A stretch of 63,301 bases of DNA, counting the filler, from Reclinomonas americana ATCC 50394 (lineage: Eukaryota), in assembly GCA_048213135.1 (NCBI GenBank). It is 44 parts of 44 records of this genome, joined end to end, with 100 filler letters (N's around TTAATTAATTAA, not from the genome) between each part and the next. Parts side by side here need not be neighbours in the genome. Positions count along the whole stretch, not along the records: positions 24,618 to 25,959 come from AFZH01025785.1; positions 26,060 to 27,402 come from AFZH01025786.1; positions 27,503 to 28,842 come from AFZH01025787.1; positions 28,943 to 30,282 come from AFZH01025788.1; positions 30,383 to 31,722 come from AFZH01025789.1; positions 31,823 to 33,162 come from AFZH01025790.1; positions 33,263 to 34,605 come from AFZH01025791.1; positions 34,706 to 36,043 come from AFZH01025792.1; 36 more parts are not named here. The stretch is one strand, 5' to 3'. The notes beneath the pieces are model-generated. The model was not told where the DNA came from, searched no databases, and saw nothing but the letters and a program-made list of their open reading frames with translations. The translations under genes were made by a program, and so were the position numbers. Below are positions 24,723 to 37,122 of the stretch, one piece after another (position 1 is the first letter of the stretch; the number at the start of each line of letters is the position of its first letter).

Positions 24723-25959
24723 CAAGTGTGCTCTGGCATTTGGTGGCAGCTCCGCTGGCAGCTGCGCCAGTTCAGGTCGCAGTCCCTCCTCGACCACCTG
24801 CTTCCATAGCACGTAGAGTTGTGATATGGAGACGCCGCGTCGCTGCAGGAAGTCCTCGTATGGTCTTCGCCGCGCCACAATCTCCCACAGCATGATGCCG
24901 AAGCTGTAGACATCGGCCTTCTCGGTGAAGGGCTCGTTCAGTACAATCTCGGGCGCAATGTACACGGGCGTGCCACAAATGGTCTGGGTGTGCTCGAATG
25001 GGTCAAAGTTCTGCCGTGCCAATCCAAAGTCGGCCAGTTTGACATTCGGCATCTTGGCGTAGTAGAAGGCGGCCTCGCCAGTGACCGGATCCGTCATCTG
25101 CGAAAAATGTTGCGTGCGAGTAAGACGTGGAGACGCCAAGCTACTGAGTGCAAGAATGGAGACTTGCCTCGTCAGGGGCCTCCTGGATCAGGCAGTTCGC
25201 CGGCTTCAAGTCGAGATGCTTGATGACCGGACTGCAGTTGTGCAAGTAATCCAGGCCCTGTGTGCACGTGTGATATTAGAAATCACACAATGCGGCAAAA
25301 GGGGCAATTCAGAGACACAAAGGAGACCTGTGCCACTTGGTGTGCCATGTCGAGTCGTTGGATAAGTGTGAGGTGAAGTGGCGCCGCACCGGGTTCCGCA
25401 TGCAGACACGTCTCCAGCGAACCACCGCTCATGAATTCGTACACCAAATTCACTTCGCCCTGCGATTTGCTCTCGTAGTAGCCGTACAGTTGCAGAACGT
25501 GTGGGCACATGCAGTTGCTGCACCAAATGTTCACGCAATGAGTCCTCACAAAGAGAGCGTGTCCAACAGCATGCACACACGTACCGCAGCACCGACAATT
25601 CGGTGGCAAACATCTTGCGATTGTCGGCCGAGTCGCGCAGGCGCTTCACTGCCACATCCTGCGCAATGTAACATGATGAGTAAAAACACCACATTCAGAT
25701 GCGCGCGCGTGCTGTCGTCCACTTTAACTTTTTCGTAGTACTTGGCTCGCGAAATCACAGACGACGCGCCAGCTCCCAGATTGTGGCCGGTGAATGCAAG
25801 ACGATTGCGATGCACCATCATCTCTGGTGTTGGTGGTGTGACGGGTGAGGTGGCGGGCGACACTTCTGCTCCACCGTTGGACGCTGCAAAGCGTTCAGTG
25901 AGTGCAAGCAGCAGTGGCAACAGTGCAAACATGCTGGTGCACGTCGTAACGAGATGGTT
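24723..25959 (-). CDS. TKL-type protein kinase, non-RD (HLDLKPAN), multi-exon, partial
   Basis: LGAGASSVI, DVAVKRL, LVYEFMSGGSLE, GLDYLH..IKHLDLKPANCL, KLADFGLAR, CGTPVYIAPE, KADVYSFGIMLWEI, GLRP. Confidence 0.92.
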
Positions 25960-27502
25960 NNNNNNNNNNNNNNNNNNNNNNNNNNNNNNNNNNNNNNNNN
26001 NNNTTAATTAATTAANNNNNNNNNNNNNNNNNNNNNNNNNNNNNNNNNNNNNNNNNNNNTTTTCGAAAATCGGGGATAAGTAAAAAAAAATCGGGGATAA
26101 CTTTATCCAAGATTTGGTCAGTGTTGTGATAGGGCGTTTGTTGTGACTGCTGTTCCTCTGGAAGAAACTGGCACTCCTCTGCTCTCGTCGCTGGCACTCA
26201 AGTGGGAAGGGCTTCTCCTTCCTCACCTGCAACAGTGGAGGCACGGAGCCCTGTGCATTTGCAGGCGACAGTCGTGTCCGGATATCGATGGTCTTCGAAT
26301 TCAACTTCGTGATCGCGATCGCTGCGACTCGCGACACCGTGAATTCGAAGGAAAGAACAACAGCAACACATTCGCCAACACATAAGCACCTGCTGCCTTG
26401 ATGGCCAAGTCCAATCAACTGCAGAACACCAACACAAACACCAGTCTTGAGGGTAGACGCGGATTTTCTTTTGCCTTTGCTCTCGGAGCTCCGGATCCGA
26501 ACAAGTCGAGAACTGCAGCCATGAAACCTATCACAGCCATAAATCTGGTACCCGTGTCGGTGTTCTACTTGCTTTCAACTTGGGCAGCTGCTGCGGTGCG
26601 AGTCGCAATCATGAGTGCGCAAATTCGAATTCCTCCCGTCTTTGCTGTCGAAAGCAGCGTTGTCTGCCGCTGTGAAGCATCCAAGTGTCTGCAACAATGC
26701 CGTGCCTTCCCCGTCGACCCATTGCCCAGTAGCATGCAGCTGCCATTGTACTCTGCACAAAGCTCTGTCCACTCGCTGCGCCGTCCAATTGCGAATTTGT
26801 TGCACTCCTGATACACAATCACCCCGCCCTCCCACCAGCCCCTCAACCACCCGTATAAACCCTCTACCGCGCACCACCGTCCACACACACCCACCACCCC
26901 CAAACGGGCGAGTTGTCTCCACCACCAATAACGTCGCGACGTCCACCATGTCCCACACACCTCTCACACAAAAAATCTCCTCAATCTCCCCAACGCACGC
27001 CCTTCTCCACCGCACCACACACACCCACCAGGTACGTACTACCCATCGCCCCTCTCCACTCCCTCTCTACTCGCTCGCGTGAGGAGCACGCCCCGTTTGT
27101 CCTGAAGACAGAGACAACCATTCACACACACAAAGTGCGTGCGCGTGGTGTGTCAGTGGCGCAAGACAGGAAGAGACACACACACACAGGAGGAAAGAGA
27201 GCAGAGGGAATGTAAATGTTGTAAGAGGCACATGGCACGCGCGCGCATGTGTGAGATGGCGCACACTTTTGTCGGAAGCGCGCCAAAGCACACTTTTTTT
27301 TCATTTCTTTTTGAGCGCGCCCGCCAAAAATTTTCATGTGTGTGTGGCAAACCCCCTCTTCCACTCTCAGTCTGCCTCTCTCTCTCTTTATGTCTTTCTC
27401 TCNNNNNNNNNNNNNNNNNNNNNNNNNNNNNNNNNNNNNNNNNNNNTTAATTAATTAANNNNNNNNNNNNNNNNNNNNNNNNNNNNNNNNNNNNNNNNNN
27501 NN

Positions 27503-28842
27503 TGCCGAAAATAGACAATGTGAGACAGAGGCGCCTATGAAGAGCAGCGGGGGTCGGCGCCAACCTCAGAGATGATCGACAGCGCCACTTGCTTCAACTC
27601 CATCATGCACACATCCCACTGTTCCACAACGCGGCAGTTGCGCAGACCAGCAGGCGGCTGCTTCACTTCGCCAAAGTCGAGCAGCGAGTCCACGTAGCTC
27701 TCTGTTTCACATTCGCCAGCATGTGAGTTTGCGGTCTGTGTGGGGGAAAAGTCGCCGCGGTGACGATTGTCTGCCTACGCAACGGCGGTGTCGATCGTCG
27801 ATGCGGAACTGCGTGGAGGCGGCCAACATGGCGGGCACCGAGCCGAACGACTCGACATTGACCACCGCTCGGAAACCAAACGCTTCTCCTCCGCCGTTGC
27901 TGGAACTCTTCAAGTGGAACATGACACTCTTGCCGCTGACCTTGATGCCCTCCAGAGACCGCTGCGCAAAGTCCTGAGATGTAAACTTGAACGACTCCAC
28001 GCTGAAGTCGACGCCAGTCAACAGCAGCAGCTCGTCGCTGCGGAGAACGCCATGAGACAAAAGTGAGGATGAAGACAGAGGACCATAGCGCCGTACCCTT
28101 CACACAGCCGTGATTCGGGGCTGAAGGAGACCGTGAGGCCGGTGGCACCCTCCACTTCGACCTTCTTCTTGAGCGAGCCACCGCGAGTGTACGGGTGTGC
28201 CGTTTGCACAATCTTCTCAATGGTGCGGAAGTTCTGATGCACACAGTTCTTGTCCAGGAAACGAATGTGTGTGCGCAGCAATTGCACCACAGCGTGCGCG
28301 CAAAAAACAATGGCCTCCACCTCCGGTTCGCTCACATCCGCCCTGCTCACCCATCGTAAGACACACAAATACGCACACACTCCAACAAGGAGAGACTGCA
28401 CACCGATCGCCGAGAGCATTGAGACGCTGTCGGAAGAGTTCGAGGATTCTGAAGAGCGAGTCGAACGTCTGCGGCGTCATCTCGATCGAATACGGACGAT
28501 ACAGCTCGCCGTCAACAGGATAGCAGTCAAACTTGAGCAAGTGCTCAATGGCCTCGGCCTGCGATCATGCGACCGGGGGTTATTAAGCGGCACAGTGGTC
28601 ACATGGATAACGCACTCACACACACACCAGCATGAGCGCGCCGAGCTTCCAGCCGGCGAGCGCTGGTCCAGTGCAAAGTGCATCAAGCAGAACCATCGGC
28701 TGGAAACAATCGATGCGCAAAATGCGCGCCAGACGCTGTCGAATCTGCGGCTGCGACGTGCTCTGTCGCAGACGCTCCACATATGCGTCACACACAAACT
28801 CGGCCTCGGGCTGCTGTGTGAAGAGGACGTACACAAGATCGA
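27503..28842 (-). CDS. Fragment of a large protein with a ZZEF1/HECTD4-type CUB-like domain
   Basis: VQTAHPY...KVEVEGATGLTVSFSPESRLCEG|DELLL...VSGKSVMFHLKS...FGFRAVV. Confidence 0.6.
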
Positions 28843-28942
28843 NNNNNNNNNNNNNNNNNNNNNNNNNNNNNNNNNNNNNNNNNNNNTTAATTAATTAANN
28901 NNNNNNNNNNNNNNNNNNNNNNNNNNNNNNNNNNNNNNNNNN

Positions 28943-30263
28943 GGTGCCCGGCACCTGCGTGGCGCATGTGTTGTCCGAGGCGATGAAGAATGCGTTCGGA
29001 TCTGACGCCGTGTTGCGCAGATCGCGACCCGACAGTGTGACTCCGCGGTTCGACAGGCCAGACGGGATGTTGGTGATTGACGCACTCACGACCGACGCTG
29101 CGTGATGAAGAAGAAGGCAAAGTGAGGTTCTCATTGAAAAAAAACACCACAGAAAGCGCGGTCGCAAAAAACTTACCCAAGCGAACAGTCGTGAGAGAGC
29201 GCCAGCGACGCACAGTCGACGCTCCCGGGGTATTGCGGCAGCGCTGGCACACGTAGTACGCGATGCCAGTGGAGGCACCGACGGAGTTGAACGTGAGCTC
29301 CAGCGAGGTGTCGGGAATGGTTGAACTGGCCGGCTGCAGGAACTCGACCGACACAAAGTCGGCCAGCAGGTTGCAGGCCGCATCCGTGTAGACGCCAAAC
29401 TGATCGACGTCCTTGGAGAAACCAAGACCGGCGACAGTGACCACGTTGAGGGTGTCGCGGTTGTAATGCACATGCACCGGCGACGGAGGAAGCTCGATCA
29501 CTGTGACAACGTCCCACTGGATCACAGGCACCAGAGACACGTAGCCAGGATACTTGGCGCAGATCCAGCGGCAACCAGCGGCGGCGGCCACCGACGGCGC
29601 ACCAGTCGACAGCGACACCAGCAAGGAGAGTGCGGCATCCGACGACGAGCCGCTGACCGTGGTGAACGGCACCGGTCCACTGCATGTGTCGTCAATGGCC
29701 AGAATGACGTCACCCGGAGGGAAGAAGTACGTGGGGAAGGGCACGCCGTGCGCCGCCAACACATTAATGGAGAGCGACAGCTGACCAGCCGGAGCGTGAT
29801 TCTTCAACACATCCTCCGCACCGACTACCCACAGGTTGGAGAAGGGCTTCCACAGCGCCGACGCGCCAACTTGCTGGCACAGGAAGTACTTCCCGACCGG
29901 CGTGCCAAACGTGTTGAACGAGATATTCATGGCCGTGGCGGTGAAGACATTCGTCGTCACCGTCGGTGCCGTTCCTGGAACCGACTGGCGACACTCGTCG
30001 TCGCCAAACACGCTGTAGGCGATGCCAACGGAGAAGCCGGAGCCGGAGAGACCCAGCTCCACACCCGGCAGCTCGGCAAACACCACCAGCGGCGACGCCG
30101 GCGTGTCGAGCTCCGAAATCACTTCAAACGAGACCAGCGGCGCGTACGTGGCCACATCGTGCCAGCGCACACAGATCGTGTACACGCCAGCGGCGACCGG
30201 GCCTCCGACGTTGAGATCAATCGACAGGCCCATGTGGGTTCTGCACGATAGCAAGTCAGACAT
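28943..30263 (-). CDS. Two-Cys TIG-like repeat surface protein, copy A
   Basis: GVYTICVRW, GKYFLCQQ, CRWICAKY and IAYYVCQR repeats; one intron near 29176-29097. Confidence 0.75.
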
Positions 30264-30382
30264 ATGTGTGTGCGTATCACTTNNNNNNNNNNNNNNNNNN
30301 NNNNNNNNNNNNNNNNNNNNNNNNNNTTAATTAATTAANNNNNNNNNNNNNNNNNNNNNNNNNNNNNNNNNNNNNNNNNNNN

Positions 30383-31722
30383 CGTCGTTCAACATCAGCG
30401 GTACCAGCTTGCGGTCAAACATTGTCGGTCTGACCGGTAACAGCCTGCAAGTGGTAGTGCAAGTGAGTGACGGGGCAGGAGGCACTGCAAGCGCCACATT
30501 CACGATTACTGAAGGTTCCATGTCATGCGTGCTTGTTCGAATCACTCTCACACACTTGTCTTAACGCGTCTTGTTGTTTGCGACAGTCAATGTGGCTCCG
30601 ACTGCACCGACACTGTCGTCGTCGACGTACACACCGCCGCTCGTCACGAATGGAGTGATCGGAACGCTGTCGTCGACAGACGTCAACACGGGTCAGACAC
30701 TGACCTACACCATCACGGGCGGCACGAATCAGGCCTCGTTCAACATCAGTGGCACGAGTCTGCGATCCAGTCTGGCTGGCTTGACTGGTAATAGCCTGCA
30801 AGTGATTGTGCAAGTGAGTGACGGTGCAGGCGGCACTGCAAGCACGACTTTCACGATCAGCGAAGGTGTGTTGGTGTTGTCGTGTCTTTGATATGTCTGC
30901 CGTGTGCCTGACGTTGGTCACCTGGCGTTAGTGAACGTGGTACCGACCGCGCCGACGCTGTCATCGACGACGTACACGCCGCCTCTTGCCACGAATGGAG
31001 TCATTGGCACGCTGTCGTCGACTGATCCAAACTCGGGCCAGACGCTGACGTATGTCATTACGGGCGGCGTGAATGCGACATCGTTCAACATCAGCGGCAC
31101 CAACTTGCGGTCGAGCGTATCTGGACTGAATGGTAATGGCCTGCAAGTGACTGTGCAAGTGAGCGACGGAGCGGGCGGAGCGGCTAGCACGACATTCACG
31201 ATCAACGAAGGTGTGTTTGATGTCGTCGTGTTCGTGGTCCGTCTGTCGTGCGACTGAGCAAAACGCCGTTGATGTTGTCAGCGAATGTGGCACCTACTGC
31301 ACCGACATTGTCCTCGACAACATACACGCCGCCGCTTGCTGTGAACGGAGTGATTGGCACTTTGTCGTCTTCCGACCCCAACACTGGACAGACGCTGTCG
31401 TTCGCGATCACGGGCGGCGCTAACGCAGCATCGTTTACCATCAGCGGCACCAACTTGCGATCCAATGTTGCCGGCCTCACTGGTAATGGTCTGCAAGTGA
31501 TTGTACAAGTGAGCGACGGAACTCTGACAGCGAGCACGACGTTCACGATCAACGAAGGTGTGTTGCTGTCGTCGTGTCTTTCATGTCTTTGTTATGCGTC
31601 TCACTCATTATTTGTTTGCGATAGTCAATGTTGCGCCGACTGCACCGACGCTGTCATCGTCAACATACACTCCGCCACTTGCGCTGAATGGGGTAATCGG
31701 CACGCTGTCGTCCACGGATGTG
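30383..31722 (+). CDS. Tandem cadherin-like repeats, one domain per exon (exons ..30514, 30587-30865, 30932-31210, 31282-31557, 31625..)
   Basis: NVAPTAPTLS...VIGTLSSTDxNxGQTLTY.ITGG.N..SF.ISG..L...V.VQVSDG.GG..S.TFTI; phase-1 GT-AG introns at the same position in each repeat. Confidence 0.8.
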
Positions 31723-31822
31723 NNNNNNNNNNNNNNNNNNNNNNNNNNNNNNNNNNNNNNNNNNNNTTAATTAATTAANNNNNNNNNNNNNNNNNNNNNN
31801 NNNNNNNNNNNNNNNNNNNNNN

Positions 31823-32731
31823 GTCGCTGGGTCAGCGTCAGTGGTATCGTCCGCGACTTGCAGGATGCGACTTTCGAGCGCGATGTGTCGATCATCTTGT
31901 TGCTGGATTGCTGTCGCAGCTGGATGCCACCTCCGCGGTTTGCTTGTGTGAAGTGCACGTGTACCTCCCGGCTGTTTCTTCACCGCCCTGATATGCGCTT
32001 GCACGCAGCAATGTGGTGCCACGTTCTGGCTCCATGGGTGTCACGCTCGTGCAGTTGAGCAGCCAGATGTCGCCTCAATTTGTCGATGGCTGCGTCGTCG
32101 GTTACGCCACGTCGAATGGCAGGTCTGTAATAATGCCGCCGCGCAACTCTGAAGACAAAGGCTCGTGTGCGTTTGCTATCGTGGTTGTATTGCAGCAGTA
32201 CTCACTGTCAGTGCAGGGTTCATTCTCGTACCATTGTACACTGAGGCGTTGGAGGAGGAACTGCGTCGCGGAGGCGAGATTCACACGATCTTGGTGGCTG
32301 TGAGCAGAGCTGTTCGACGGCGTGCTGTTGCTCACTGCAGCCAGGAGATTGAGAAGATGCGAGTTCTACAGCAATCACTTCAGGAGCTGCGGGAAAAGGC
32401 TTCTGATGAGATTGAGTGTGAGCGTCTGGATGACAAGCTGGTGGACGTGAGCCGCTACGTCGAAGAACTGGAACAAGGTGGTCACGAATTATTGCAGACC
32501 CCATGCTTTTCGTCGTCTCTCAGCGACTTGCTCGTGCTGGTGAGTAACGTATTCACTGCCGTTGATGTGATTGCGACTAACATGGATGTCCGGATCCCAG
32601 CCACCTGTTCCGCGAAGTCCACCAACATCTGTGCCGCCACCGACATCTGTACCGTCTCCGGCAACTTTCATGGACGTAGAGTGACTGCGTGGCCTGATGC
32701 GATGGCTCAGACCAGCACAGCGAATGCGTAA
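31823..32731 (+). CDS. Caspase-fold (peptidase C14, paracaspase/orthocaspase-like) protein, C-terminal part
   Basis: IILLLDCCR (catalytic Cys), VVGYATSNG, LYTEALEEELRRGGEIHTILVAVSRAVR; introns near 31938-32008 and 32167-32216. Confidence 0.65.
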
Positions 32732-33033
32732 AGTGAGACGGCTACATTGAACTCTGTTGCGGCACGGCAGTTCTACATTGTTCTCCATTGTGTAAGGCAT
32801 CCCTGTTGATCTCAAGCTGTGGCAGCTTTGCTGTTGTTTCTTGCAAACTGCATGCATGGTCGGAGAAATACCAACTTTCGCTCTCTCTCCCTTCGCTCCT
32901 CGCATTCCTCCTGCACCACACTGCTCTTTTCCCCTCCACACTCACCAAGCCACTGCTCCCGAAACGCCTTCTCAACCATTCCATGCAATCTGCGGAGTCC
33001 TCTCCGAAGGGGGTCATTGTCTCTCCAATCATC

Positions 33034-33143
33034 ATGCAACGCACTACTCTCCTCGTGCTCTCCCTCGCGCTCATCCTCGCATGCGCCGCGCACCAAGCCG
33101 CCTCGGCCGCGCCCTCCAAGCCCGTGTGGCCAACGAACTTTAG
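33034..33143 (+). CDS. First exon of a secreted protein (signal peptide, then PxWPxxF)
   Basis: MQRTTLLVLSLALILACAAHQAASAAPSKPVWPTNF followed by a gtgcat donor. Confidence 0.45.
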
Positions 33144-33284
33144 GTGCATGAAAGCACACACANNNNNNNNNNNNNNNNNNNNNNNNNNNNNNNNNNNNNN
33201 NNNNNNTTAATTAATTAANNNNNNNNNNNNNNNNNNNNNNNNNNNNNNNNNNNNNNNNNNNNTTCCTTTCCACGCAATCGCAAC

Positions 33285-34605
33285 TGTTCATCTCCTCCGG
33301 GTACGCTGCGTCGAGCACCGGCTTCTCGCAGTGCGGGCACATCTGTCCGTGGCGGTAGCGGCATCGGTCACCGTGCTTGCACTCGCCCTGCAGGTTGTAG
33401 GGGCACAGCTTGGTGCGGCCGCCGCTGGTGCTGCTGCTCCCGTTGCCGCCACTGCCGCTGCCGCTGCGCGACCCACGACGACCACTGCCGCTGTTGCTGC
33501 CGCCTGGAGTCCACGGTCCTGGCGAAGGATTCGTGCGCGTCTCCACGCTCGGTGAGCGATCGCCGGCCGTGGGCGTGACCAAACCCGACGGCGACGCGCA
33601 CGCCATGTCAAAGCTCGAGCGCCGCGCCGCAGGCGGACGGCCGCGTGTGCCGGCCCCACTGCCGCCACCCACTCCACTCGAACCGTGCACACTCGGCGAC
33701 TGCACCACCGGCGACTGCAGCAGCGACGGCGGCAGCGACTGCGACTGCGGCGTCTGCATGCCCATCTTGCTCGGCGAAAACAGCAGCGCATCGCCACTCA
33801 ACGTGCCGACCGCCGCCGACATGTAGTGCTGATACACGGGCGACTCGCCCGAGTCCGGAATCACCACCTGATGATGCTGCTGCTGCTGCTGCTTTTGCTG
33901 CTGCTGCGACGTGTAGTGCGGCGACAGCAACAAGCTGGACACCGGCATTTGCGCAGCTCGATCGTCCGACAGGGCCCGCGCATGCAGCGGCCGCGGCGGG
34001 CGACGATGATGCAGCGGCACCTGCTGCTGCTGCTGCTGCTGTTGTTGCTGTTGCTGCTGTTGATACTGCTGCTGCTGGTACTGCAGCTGCTGATAGTGCT
34101 GCGGATGGAGGTGCGACGGCGACGGCGCATACGACGGCGACGCCAGCAAATGCCCAAAGCGCGACGACGGCAACGCATCCTCATCCGCGCCACCCGTATC
34201 CTCCAGATCCTCATCCAAGAAGCTAAACACACTGTGATGGCGGGCAATGAGACCGGAGAAAGGAAGGAAAAAAAACGACAAAAATTGTTGTGGGTGCGTG
34301 TACCTTTGATCCACCAGCAACATCTCATCCTCGACACTGCGCGGCGCACTTGCGCTCATGATCGGCAACATGATCGGCAGTGGCGCAGATGACATGGCCA
34401 CTCCACTGCTGCCTCCCGTCGTCATGACACTCGGCAGCATCACTGGCGACGGCGACATGGACGACGAGGCCGACGAGGACGCGAGAGACGAGTCAAACCC
34501 ATCACACCACGAGGAGCGTCGCTGGCCCTGATGCGCACCCAGAAGCTGTTGCTGCTGTGGAGCCTGCTGCTGCTGCGGAGAGGGAAAATGCGCAAAGTGT
34601 GGCGG
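33285..34605 (-). CDS. Makorin-like (CCCH + Cys-His motif) protein with a long poly-Q/Ser disordered region, partial
   Basis: LCPYNLQGECKHGDRCRYRHGQMCPHCEKPVL matches makorin LCPY...GEC.YG..C.Y.HG..C..C...VL. Confidence 0.8.
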
Positions 34606-34705
34606 NNNNNNNNNNNNNNNNNNNNNNNNNNNNNNNNNNNNNNNNNNNNTTAATTAATTAANNNNNNNNNNNNNNNNNNNNNNNNNNNNNNNNNNNNNNN
34701 NNNNN

Positions 34706-35529
34706 TTTTGTGTGGCAGGCGCTGGTCATTTGCGCCGCCAGTGCCATCAACATGTCCTCGGCCGGCGACAGCCTCATTGCGTCGGCGGGTCGAGTGGTGG
34801 CGCGTGGCGCCCTCAACGAGGTTCTCGCCAGCGCCGCCAGCGGCGGCGTCGGGTACGGGCTGGCTGTGTTGTGGCGCCGTCGATTTGCGTTGCCCTACGT
34901 GCTGCAGGCGGTGCTGGCTGGCATTGTGTCGGCCAGCGCCGGCGCCACGGTGATGGAGCCGTGGGCGGCGTTTGTGGTTGGCCTCATTGGTGGCTTCGTG
35001 TTCATGGGTGGCTCGCTGCTGTCGCGCGCGCTGCACTGGGACGATCCGCTCGACGTGATCTCCGTGCACGGGTGGTGTGGTCTGTGGAGCGTGGTGGCGG
35101 TCGGCCTGTTTGCCAACGCCAAGGACGCCACGGAGACGTACGGCGACGTGCGGGGGTACGGATTGCTGTTGGGTGGTGGCGGTGAGCAACTCGGCATCCA
35201 GTTGCTCGGGGCGGTGCTGGTGATTGGCTGGGTTTTGCTGACCAGCGTACCACTGCTGTGGCTGCTGCATCGTTTCATTGGTATGCGCATGGACGAGACG
35301 CGCGAGTTGTACGGCGACTCGGATGCGTCGGCGGCGACCGTCACCGACAACAATGCCACGTCGACTGCGGCGGGAACTCATCATCAGCAGCAGCAGCAAC
35401 AGCAGCAGCAGCAACAACCGCCCGCGCCGATCGACCCGTCCGGAGCCACCACACCAAAGATGGCGCTGCTGGCCGCCGTCGATGCCGCCAGCCCCGAAGG
35501 CAGGCGAGCGGCGCAGCTGTTTTCCCGAG
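34706..35529 (+). CDS. Divergent Amt/Mep ammonium-transporter-family protein (TM6-TM11 plus poly-Q tail), partial
   Basis: LAGIVSASAGATVMEPWAAFVVGLIGG, WDDPLDVISVHGWCGLW, GLLLGGGGEQLGIQ, MRMDETRELYG. Confidence 0.9.
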
Positions 35530-36143
35530 GTGAGTCGAGTGTGGGTGGCGATTGTGTGATAGTGTGTGCTCATTTCACCGGGTGACCAGGTCGACCGAAT
35601 CGCGATTCGTTGTGGCGCGGTCCCGGTGATGACTCGCCGGCGGCGGACAAGGCGGCGCAACCGACCGATGCGGATGGTAATGCGTGTGTTTGTGTCAGTG
35701 ATGTAAAGTGGGAAGGATGAGCTGACTTTTTTTATCTGCAACAGATCGTCAGCCGCACTCGACGCCCGAGCACCCACTCATGTCGCAACTCTCGCGACGC
35801 GGACTCCCACTCTCACCCTACTCCATCCCGCAACCGCCACCGCGACTGACACGGCCACCGATTTTGTCGACCAACAACTCGGATCGCAACGACGGCACCT
35901 CCACGTTGGAGAGGGCGCGGGTGTGACGATGTAATGTATAGGGGTGTACAGAGTATTGAAGTGGGACAGGGACAGGGAGAGAGAGAGAGGAGGGAGAGGG
36001 AGGAGGGAGGAGGGAGGAGGGAGAGGAAGGAGGAGAGAGAGACNNNNNNNNNNNNNNNNNNNNNNNNNNNNNNNNNNNNNNNNNNNNTTAATTAATTAAN
36101 NNNNNNNNNNNNNNNNNNNNNNNNNNNNNNNNNNNNNNNNNNN

Positions 36144-37122
36144 CTGTTCGTCGAAAGTGGTCGACTTGCGTGGATGTCTCTACGAAGTGCAAGTGCTGCA
36201 GCAGATTGCCGCTCCCATGGTACTCTCGATTCCGCAAGTGCTGAGATGGGGCGTGTTCCGCAGCGACAAAATCCCTGCCGAGTTTGCTCACCTGCATCGA
36301 TGGCACGGCTTCTCGATGCCGTACTACGGCGGGGACTGGCCGAAAACCACCGGCGAAGCCGTCGCTCTGACACGCCATTTGCTGACGGCTGTGGCGCACG
36401 CCGCCGAGCATGGCTACGTGCACCGTGACGTGAAGGGTGCCAACGTGTGTTTCTCCGCTGCATCGATGACCGCCACTCTCATCGACTGGGAGCAAGCTGT
36501 GCGTCTGCTTGACGGTCGTCCGTATGTTGGTCGTGGCGGAACAGCTGGCTACCGAGTTGCGTGTGTGTGCGTGTTGGGAGGAGAAGTCAGTCATCTAATC
36601 GCGCATGCGCTCTTTGCTCTCCAAAAATGTCATCGACAGGCACCAGAGTCGCTGCCGGATCCACTGGCAGCCACGGATGAGGACGAAGTCGGCGAGTGGA
36701 GTTTCGCCTCTGACATGTGGAGTGTGGGAGTGGTGATTGCAGAGGCCCTGCTGGGCAGCAAACTGGCACACATCGACTCGTTCATGCAGCACATGCAGCC
36801 GGACGAAGTGGCCGACCATCTGTGTGCGCTTCTGGAGGACAAGAGTGAGGAGCTGGAGGAGGCGGTGTCGGCAGAGGAGCAGCTGCGGTTCACGCAGGGC
36901 GTCGAGCTGGTGCAGGCACTGCTGGTCGAGGATCCGTGCAAGCGACTGACGGCGCACGAGGCGCTCGCTCACGCGTTTTGCCGTGTTGCCACAGTTTTGC
37001 CGAGCGCCCTCCACAAGGCCGCGCCTGCACGTGCGCCAACAGCCAACGTCGACGATCGTGAGAGCACACCTCCTCGTGAAGTGCAATTCGCGACAGCGAT
37101 CGCGAAGGAAGATGCCAAGTGA
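36144..37122 (+). CDS. Ser/Thr protein kinase with DWE in place of DFG, 5'-partial
   Basis: YVHRDVKGANV, LIDWE, GTAGYR|APE (intron 36556-36639), SDMWSVGV, DPCKRLTAHEALAHAF. Confidence 0.88.
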
